From an archaeon (GTDB taxonomy: Archaea; EX4484-52; B79-G9): DNA of 26,494 nucleotides. The stretch is taken from positions 1 through 26,494 of the forward strand of contig JBDRKP010000079.1 of assembly GCA_043813875.1 (NCBI GenBank), in the 5' to 3' direction. Below are positions 20,107 to 26,494 of the stretch, piece after piece. Within the stretch, counting starts at the first letter, position 1. Each line of letters starts with the position of its first letter. The position numbers and the translations under genes were made by a program. The notes beneath the pieces were generated by a model that saw only the letters and a program-made list of their open reading frames with translations, was not told the DNA's origin and did no database searches.

Positions 20107-21390
20107 CTAGTCTGCGAAGCTGAGTCTTGCGTATCTTGCATCGCTTCCAAGTGTTTCTTCTATCCTCAAGAGCTCGTTGTATTTCGCGCATCTGTCGCTT
20201 CTTGCAGGCGCGCCGAACTTGGTCTGGTTTGCGCCGATACCGACTGCAAGGTCTGCTATGAACGGGTCTTCAGTCTCGCCGGACCTGTGGGAGACGACGA
20301 CTGTCCAGTTGTTTTTGAATGCAAGGTTGGCTGATGCTATCGCTTCTGTCAGTGTGCCGACCTGGTTGACTTTCAGGAGCAGGGAGTTGCATGCCTTTGT
20401 CTTTAGTGCTTGCGTTATGCGCTCGACATTTGTGACCAAGAGGTCGTCGCCGACTATCTGCATCTTGTGGCCTGCTGCTTTCGTCATGGCTGCAAATCCT
20501 TCGAAATCGTTTTCCGCGAAGCCGTCTTCGATTGAGATTATCCCGTATCTTGCTGCCAGTTCTTTGTAGAAGTCGACCATCTCAAGAGAGGTCATCTCTT
20601 TGCCGTGTATGTTGTATATGCCGTCATGATAGAATTCGGTTGCCGCCGGGTCGAGCGCGAACTTTATTTTTCCTTTGTAGCCTGCTTCTTCGACTGCTTT
20701 TGTCATTAGTTCGAGGCGTTCTTCCACGCTTTTTACAGGAGGCGCAAACCCGCCTTCGTCCGCGATGTTTGTGCCGGTCGCCCCGAACCTTTTCTTGAGA
20801 AGGCCCTTTAATGTGTGGTATGTCTCAGCGCACATCCTTGTAGCCTCTTTGAAGCTTTTTGCGCCGACAGGCATTATCATGTGCTCCTGGGGATCGTTTT
20901 CCATCCCTGCGTGCTTGCCGCCGTTCATCACGTTCATCATGGGAACAGGCATGGTGAAGCCATTCTTATATGAGGCAAGGTACGCGAGACGTTCGATGAG
21001 CGGGACGTCAAGAAGCCTTGCGGATACTTTGGCTGTTGCGATGCTTACGCCGAGGATAGCGTTTGCGCCAAGCACGGCTTTGTTCTTTGTGCCGTCGAGT
21101 TCTATCATGACCCTGTCAATGTCGTCCTGTTCACGGCAATCCATGCCGATTATTTTTTTTGCGATTATGCTGTTCACATTGTTTACTGCTTTCTCTACGC
21201 CCTTTCCCATGTATCTCGTGCCGCCGTCTCTCAGTTCGACTGCCTCGTAGCTGCCGGTGGATGCGCCGGATGGGATGAGAGCGCGCTCAAGGATATTTCC
21301 TGCTTTCACATCGACTTCGACTGTGGGGTTCCCCCTTGAGTCGAGTATCTCTCTTGCTCTTATCGCTGTAATTTCGAATCCGTCTGCCAT
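20107..21390 (-). CDS. eno: Enolase
   Basis: ILDSRGNPTVEVD, PSGASTG, DEGGFAP, VGDDL, LLKVNQ, SHRSGETED, with a GGAGG RBS upstream. Confidence 0.99.
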   Translation of the reverse strand: MADGFEITAIRAREILDSRGNPTVEVDVKAGNILERALIPSGASTGSYEAVELRDGGTRYMGKGVEKAVNNVNSIIAKKIIGMDCREQDDIDRVMIELDGTKNKAVLGANAILGVSIATAKVSARLLDVPLIERLAYLASYKNGFTMPVPMMNVMNGGKHAGMENDPQEHMIMPVGAKSFKEATRMCAETYHTLKGLLKKRFGATGTNIADEGGFAPPVKSVEERLELMTKAVEEAGYKGKIKFALDPAATEFYHDGIYNIHGKEMTSLEMVDFYKELAARYGIISIEDGFAENDFEGFAAMTKAAGHKMQIVGDDLLVTNVERITQALKTKACNSLLLKVNQVGTLTEAIASANLAFKNNWTVVVSHRSGETEDPFIADLAVGIGANQTKFGAPARSDRCAKYNELLRIEETLGSDARYARLSFAD

Positions 21391-21507
21391 GTTAACCGTG
21401 CCTCCTTTTTTAAAGAATTAATATGTTGTATTACTTAATCATACAATTTAGTGCTGGTTTTTTTATATGTTGCGTTGGGTGAATAGGAATGATTGCCATT
21501 TGATAAA

Positions 21508-21526
21508 ACATATAAAGACATATAAA
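21508..21526 (+). promoter_or_regulatory. Tandem ACATATAAA TATA-box-like elements upstream of aRF1
   Basis: Copies at 21508-21516 and 21518-21526 (10-bp period) in the divergent eno/aRF1 intergenic region. Confidence 0.5.
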
Positions 21527-21601
21527 ATTAGATGTTGATATAAATTATCTTAGAAAAGGTGTTGCGTATTTGACAAATCATCAAGAAGGGATCTTACAAG
21601 A

Positions 21602-22777
21602 TTGATAAAAACTCTTTCTAAAATAAGGGGCAGGCATACTGAACTTGTTAGTGTTTACGTTCCAGCCGGCTATAATATCAATGAGATGAAGAACTTAATA
21701 ACAAATGAACTTGGCACGGCAACGAATATCAAGTCAAGGGCTACCAAAAAGAACGTGCTCTCGTCTCTTGAGCGGGTTGCGCAGAAGCTGAAAGGTTATA
21801 AGGAGACGCCTCCTAACGGGCTTATCATATTTTGCGGCAATGTTTCTCTAAAAGAAGGTATCCCTGACATAAAAATATGGGATTTTGAGCCGCTGGAACC
21901 GATGAACCAGAGGCTATACAGGTGTGACCAAAAGTTTGTTCTTGAGCCGCTAGAGGATCTGGTACGCGAGAAGGAGATATTCGGATTGCTGACGATTGAC
22001 AGCGTTGATGCGACCATCGCATTTCTTAGAGGCAAAAGCATCACCATATTCAAGAAACTAACATCTTTTGTCCCGGGAAAGACCGGCAAGGGCGGGCAGT
22101 CAGCGCAAAGATACGAGCGTGTAAGAAAGGGGCTTCTTCTGTCGTTTAAGAAGGAGGTCGGAGAGGTTGCGACCAAGGCGTTTGAATCGGAGAAGGATCT
22201 TTTAGGCATCATTATCGGCGGACCTGGGCCTATCAAGGATGAGTTTGTCGAGGGCGATTTTCTGTCGGAGGCGCTGAAGAAGAAGATATTGGGCGTAAAA
22301 GACATCGGATATGCTGATCTGAACGGGGTCAAAGAACTTGTAGACAGGTCAGATGATCTCCTTCGGGAGACAGGCATCATCTATGAAAAAAATCTTTTGA
22401 ATAAGTTTTTCTTCAATCTGCAAAGAGATACTGGTCTTTCTGTGTACGGAATGCGGGAAGTCAAGATCGCCCTGGATGCAGGAGCTGTTGATACGTTGAT
22501 CATATCGGAAGCTTTCGAGTTCGGTCATTTTGAGATCAAGTGCAAGAAATGCTCATATAAGGAGACAAAGATTATACGGAAGGATAAATTGCCATCAAAA
22601 TGTCCTCAATGCGAATCAGATCTTGATGTAGATTCCAAGGACATTTTTGAAGAGATTGAAAATCTTTGCAATCTTACAGGTGCGAAGATGGAGATTGTTT
22701 CAGAAGATACCCCTGAAGGCGTCTCTTTTTTGAGGCTCGGTGGCATTGGCGCGATTATGAGATATCGGTTGTCGTAA
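21602..22777 (+). CDS. prf1: Archaeal peptide chain release factor aRF1; the true 5' end probably extends upstream to ~21559-21572
   Basis: RGRHTELVSVYVP, TATNIKS, YRCDQKF, GKGGQSAQRY, a C-domain zinc ribbon CKKC..CPQC and GGIGAIMRY. Confidence 0.98.
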   Translation: MIKTLSKIRGRHTELVSVYVPAGYNINEMKNLITNELGTATNIKSRATKKNVLSSLERVAQKLKGYKETPPNGLIIFCGNVSLKEGIPDIKIWDFEPLEPMNQRLYRCDQKFVLEPLEDLVREKEIFGLLTIDSVDATIAFLRGKSITIFKKLTSFVPGKTGKGGQSAQRYERVRKGLLLSFKKEVGEVATKAFESEKDLLGIIIGGPGPIKDEFVEGDFLSEALKKKILGVKDIGYADLNGVKELVDRSDDLLRETGIIYEKNLLNKFFFNLQRDTGLSVYGMREVKIALDAGAVDTLIISEAFEFGHFEIKCKKCSYKETKIIRKDKLPSKCPQCESDLDVDSKDIFEEIENLCNLTGAKMEIVSEDTPEGVSFLRLGGIGAIMRYRLS

Positions 22778-22836
22778 TTTTTGGTTCCTTTGCAGAACGT
22801 TTATCTGAAGAATGTGCGCGTAACTTCAGTTTAGTA

Positions 22837-23298
22837 TCATTTTTCCCCAAGGTCGATTACTACGTCTGCTGCTCTCTGGAGGCCCTGTGAGAAGCCAGGT
22901 TTTTGTCCTAGGATTATTATTTTTTTGCCCATTTCTTTGGCGCGCTGGACGACCGGTAAGAAGTCGGCGTCTCTTGTTCCTAGTGCAATAATATCTATAT
23001 TTTTGTTGTATGCCGCATCCATCGCTGCGACAGACACATAAACATCTACGTCAGTCTGATCGTGTTTTGTGCCACCCATGCCGATTACCGGTTCAAAGCC
23101 CTGGTTTGTGACCGCTTCGACCAATTTGCTCGGAGCAAACTGGTTCAAGAATACGCGTGCAATGACTATATTGCCGTGCTCTGCCAGTCTCAGCCTGATT
23201 TTATTCAGATCTATTGAAAACTCTTTTCTTAGGAGATTAGGGCCGTCTATAAAGAGGGCAATTCTTCGTTTGTTTAATGCCTTCATAAAGTTGAACAT
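22837..23298 (-). CDS. NYN-domain (PIN-like, TIGR00288/LabA-type) protein
   Basis: IALFIDGPN, DVDV, TRDADFLPV, GFSQGLQRAAD, with a GGAGG RBS upstream. Confidence 0.92.
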   Translation of the reverse strand: MFNFMKALNKRRIALFIDGPNLLRKEFSIDLNKIRLRLAEHGNIVIARVFLNQFAPSKLVEAVTNQGFEPVIGMGGTKHDQTDVDVYVSVAAMDAAYNKNIDIIALGTRDADFLPVVQRAKEMGKKIIILGQKPGFSQGLQRAADVVIDLGEK

Positions 23299-23508
23299 AT
23301 GGTATCCTCCAAGAAATTATTTTCGTTTATGGTTTTTCCATAGATATAGGATTAATCCTATTTTTAGATTCGACAATCCGTTCGTGCCAAAAATCAGTAA
23401 TTATTTGTCCTTTAGTTATATATTACCGGATTTAATTGGATTCTTTGTCAAATAAATATATACTGCAATTAAATATATATATGGGGTAACAACTAATTAT
23501 CTGATAAT

Positions 23509-23862
23509 ATGAATCTTCAAATAAGGTTTTCTGGCATTCTTGCCTGGATGGTGCTTGGGTTAGTTGTCGGGTTCGTAAGTTATTCTGTGCTGATACTGTA
23601 TTCGATGTCAGGCCTTACGATTGCATTGTTTGCCGGCGCTTTCAGTACTGTTATTACCATTCTTCTATTGAAAGAGCAGGAGTCTGATAGCGACAAGTTT
23701 TTCATCGGGCTTTGTGGCCTTTCTATTGCTGCTCTTGCTTCCGGGGTGAAGTATTTCAATTATGAAAGAGCCATGGATTTAAGTGTTAGTGCCCTGGTTG
23801 TCGGTGTGTTGATGGGCATCATTGTGTCGATGGCGCTTGTTGTCTATCTGATTAATGACTAG
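23509..23862 (+). CDS. Small hypothetical membrane protein (about 4 TM helices)
   Basis: 117 aa with four hydrophobic segments and a TATA-rich upstream region. Confidence 0.75.
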   Translation: MNLQIRFSGILAWMVLGLVVGFVSYSVLILYSMSGLTIALFAGAFSTVITILLLKEQESDSDKFFIGLCGLSIAALASGVKYFNYERAMDLSVSALVVGVLMGIIVSMALVVYLIND

Positions 23863-24401
23863 CCGGATGTTATCTTTCTCTGGAGGTGTTTCAGGTAATC
23901 CGGCTCGAATCTGTCGATGATCTCTTCTTCTTTTTTTCGCTCCAGGAATATAATCTCTTTTCTTCTTACTTCTTCTATGTCTTTTTTTGATGTGAACATC
24001 TGGGTGAGATAGCAGCCTATTCTTTCAGAACTTATCAGTTTCGGAAGTATCACGTAGTCTGCGCCTTCGTCATAAAGCTCGAGAGCTTCATCGATTGTAT
24101 TTGCAGTAACGAGTATGTCTGTTTTCTTGTTTATGTTTTTGGATTTATCGATCAGCAGTTTGTTATCATCAAGTTCAGGTATTGTTGATATTATGATTTT
24201 TGCCTGCTTGAAGTTCAGCTTTTCGAGGACTTCCATGTGGCCTATGTCGCCGTACATGCAATGTATTTTTTTGTCGATAAGCTTCTTTATGACAGCGGGA
24301 TTGAAGTCCACAACAATGAACTGTTGATTGTATTTCTGCAATACCTCTATGATTCCCTGTCCCATCGTGTGTGCGCCGCAGAAGGAGATAGAAAGGCACA
24401 C
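23859..24401 (-). pseudogene. Orphan RCK (TrkA_N) domain, likely the 3' remnant of a Kef-type antiporter gene; possibly expressed alone
   Basis: CGAHTMG, VVDFNP, YGD, IISTIP and GADYVILP are colinear with the C-terminal domain of the adjacent antiporter. Similarity starts abruptly at ~24385. Confidence 0.7.
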
Positions 24402-24436
24402 TACTCAAATTATTAGTGCTTTACTGTAGATAAGCA

Positions 24437-26155
24437 TTATCTATCTTCATGAATAGGATGATTACGACCTGATTGCTTTCGATAATATAACTGCACCAAG
24501 TGTGCAATTTTTTCTTTTAAGAATTTATTCACATCCAATTTATTTTCTTCTATCATCATGGAGAAATGTTTTCCTCCTAAAAAATGAGGCATTAATACAT
24601 AAGTTGCACCCCGTTCATATAATCTAACTGCATCGTCAATCTGATGTGACACTACTGCAATTATGGCTTTTTTATTTTCTTCCTTTACTTTATTAATCAA
24701 TAATAGATTAGTATCAATCAGGGGTATTGTTGAGATTATCATTTTTGCGTTTGAAAAATTAATCTCATTAAGCAGTTCATAATTCTCAGCATCTCCATAT
24801 CTGCAATCATAACCTTCTTTTGATAATCTAGTAATAACTTCAGGATTATGATCAATAATCAGAAATTTCATTTTTATTTTTTTAAGTGATTCTAATATAT
24901 CGAATCCTATTCTATTATAACCAACAAGGATTATCTCATAATCCTCATCCACATGATGCTTCTGTTCATCAACTTTTTTACCTTTTCTCTCGAATATTGT
25001 TAAATATTTTGATAATATGATATACAGTTTATTTGAATATAATATCATGTAAGTTGAACCTGCAAAAGTTATCAAACCAACTGCGGTCACTAAAGAGAGT
25101 ATTTCATTTGTTATATGACCTACTGAGACACCCATAGCAACAACAATCAAAGAAAATTCGCTTATCTGTGCAACAGTAAGACCCGCCAAAAAACCATTTC
25201 TTTTTGTGTAACCCAATAATCCCATCAAAATCATTACTATCAGTGGATTGCCAATTAGCACGAAAAAAGATAATATCAAAATCAGCCATATATTTTGGTA
25301 TATGTTGGAAAAGACCATCTGAGATCCTAACATAATGAAGAACAAGATCAGGAAAAAATCTCTTAATGGCTTCATTTTTGAACTTATCTCATAATGATAA
25401 GGGGATAATGATAAGGTCATTCCTGCAAGCAATGCCCCTACTTCAATGGAAAAATTCAGATAATGAAATATCGTTGCAATGGCGAAACACCAACTAATAG
25501 AAAACAATAGCAAGTATTCCTGTGATTTTGCAATGATTTTAGTTAATGGCGGGATTGCATATAACGTTAATATGAATAATACTATAATCGCTCCAATACC
25601 TTTAAGAGTTGATTCTATGGCTAAAGAAGTTAGACTACCACCCTTATTAATGGAAGATATGATCAGTAGTATTCCGATTGCCATAAAATCCTGAACAATC
25701 AAGAAACCAATAGATATCCTCCCATGAAGAGATTCTAACTCTTTTTTGTCAGATAATAACTTCATAATGATGATTGTACTACTGAATGCAAGAGCAATTG
25801 AAACATATAATGAAACGATGGTAGATAATCCTAGTAATCTTGAAATTATGAATCCAATCGCGCTAGTGAAAATGACTTGACCAAGGCCAGTAATCAGGGA
25901 AATCTTTCCAACATCTTTTATGACTTTCGGATTCAAATTTAGTCCTACGAAGAACAATAATAATGCTATTCCTATCTGTGAAAAGACAATTAAAGTATTT
26001 GTAGAATCAATTATATTGAAAACAAAAGGACCTGCAATTATACCGCTCAAAATATATCCAATAATTGCCGGTTGTTTAAGAAGCAGCATAAAACCCGTTA
26101 TCACCACAGTTACAGCGAGTATCTTACTCAATTCAATAAATATCTCTGGATTCAT
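24437..26155 (-). CDS. CPA2/Kef-type cation:proton antiporter with C-terminal RCK domain
   Basis: About 12-13 TM segments, LKQPAIIGY, AFSSTIII, LIVQD, LRDFF, AQISEFS, and RCK motifs VGYNRIG and YGDAE. The DNA is visibly AT-rich. Confidence 0.95.
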   Translation of the reverse strand: MNPEIFIELSKILAVTVVITGFMLLLKQPAIIGYILSGIIAGPFVFNIIDSTNTLIVFSQIGIALLLFFVGLNLNPKVIKDVGKISLITGLGQVIFTSAIGFIISRLLGLSTIVSLYVSIALAFSSTIIIMKLLSDKKELESLHGRISIGFLIVQDFMAIGILLIISSINKGGSLTSLAIESTLKGIGAIIVLFILTLYAIPPLTKIIAKSQEYLLLFSISWCFAIATIFHYLNFSIEVGALLAGMTLSLSPYHYEISSKMKPLRDFFLILFFIMLGSQMVFSNIYQNIWLILILSFFVLIGNPLIVMILMGLLGYTKRNGFLAGLTVAQISEFSLIVVAMGVSVGHITNEILSLVTAVGLITFAGSTYMILYSNKLYIILSKYLTIFERKGKKVDEQKHHVDEDYEIILVGYNRIGFDILESLKKIKMKFLIIDHNPEVITRLSKEGYDCRYGDAENYELLNEINFSNAKMIISTIPLIDTNLLLINKVKEENKKAIIAVVSHQIDDAVRLYERGATYVLMPHFLGGKHFSMMIEENKLDVNKFLKEKIAHLVQLYYRKQSGRNHPIHEDR

Positions 26156-26164
26156 AATATGCCT

Positions 26165-26290
26165 GACACTTTTTTAGTAAATTAATAATGCCGCTTGGAA
26201 TAATAACGCCTGCTATTTTGTCATTTTTATCTAAAACAAGTATATATCCAGTCCCTCTTTCCAAATAGTGGTAGCATTATGAATTTGTTC
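26165..26290 (-). pseudogene. Possible degraded CBS-domain gene fragment
   Basis: The minus strand reads LERGTGYILVLDKNDKIAGVIIPSGIINLL (CBS-like hhVhD..gkh.Ghh pattern), preceded in another frame by IHNATTI. No intact ORF. Confidence 0.4.
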
Positions 26291-26353
26291 CAGCTTTCCC
26301 CCAATATTATTATCACTGAACAAGTTTAAGTATTTTATCTGCCTGAATGGCAT

Positions 26354-26494
26354 TGTATTATCCCGTTTTCATTTCCCCCCTATTGGCTGAATATTCATCG
26401 TTCATCTATATCACCTAAAACCAGTGCTTTGCGCGGCAGAACCACACTTCCGGTCTCATTTTACGTATGAATGCTTCAGATGGCGTTTCTGCTT
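26354..26494 (-). mobile_element. Probable right end of an IS481-like insertion sequence: transposase C-terminus (26415->26494) and terminal repeat
   Basis: The minus strand reads AETPSEAFIRKMRPEVWFCRAKHWF*, resembling the TP..AF tail of IS481-type integrase-core transposases. The putative end TGTATTATCCCG at 26354 fits the family's 5'-TGT...ACA-3' termini. Only 25 codons are visible. Confidence 0.55.

Noticed and set aside
20095..20112. The enolase TAG is directly followed in frame by the flavoprotein ORF, suggesting a readthrough fusion
   Set aside because: TAGGTGAAAACCATG is simply a GGTGA RBS before the ATG of MKIIGF, and enolase ends at its normal length.
1..26494. Genome-wide reassignment of TAG
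   Set aside because: TAG terminates eno, the acylphosphatase-like gene and the RCK fragment at plausible ends, and the long conserved genes contain no internal TAG.

Overview
Archaeal genomic window, probably from a DPANN-type lineage. This is inferred from the archaeal-type AlaRS, Elp3 and aRF1, the GGTG/GGAGG ribosome-binding sites, the TATA boxes, and large sequon-rich Ig-like surface proteins. Core genes are corA, alaS, elp3, an iron-sulfur flavoprotein, eno, aRF1 and a NYN-domain protein. An accessory stretch (~8.5-17.6 kb) holds a split Zn-ribbon/HTH/PD-(D/E)XK nuclease gene, ~600 bp of hairpin- and repeat-rich non-coding DNA, an acylphosphatase-coiled-coil gene, a broken surface-protein gene, a Schlafen/AlbA_2-HATPase-wHTH gene and a ~1412-codon surface protein interrupted by one in-frame TAG. 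The right end has an AT-rich Kef-type antiporter between an orphan RCK fragment and the probable end of an IS481-like element. The most striking observation is at the aRF1 5' end: the likely N-terminal helix has no in-frame start and follows GTG TTG CGT ATT TGA C, which resembles the bacterial prfB +1 frameshift site (CTT TGA C) and could indicate autoregulatory recoding of an archaeal release factor. Other single-base lesions in the window mean assembly error must be excluded first. All family assignments come from motif recognition, not database searches.
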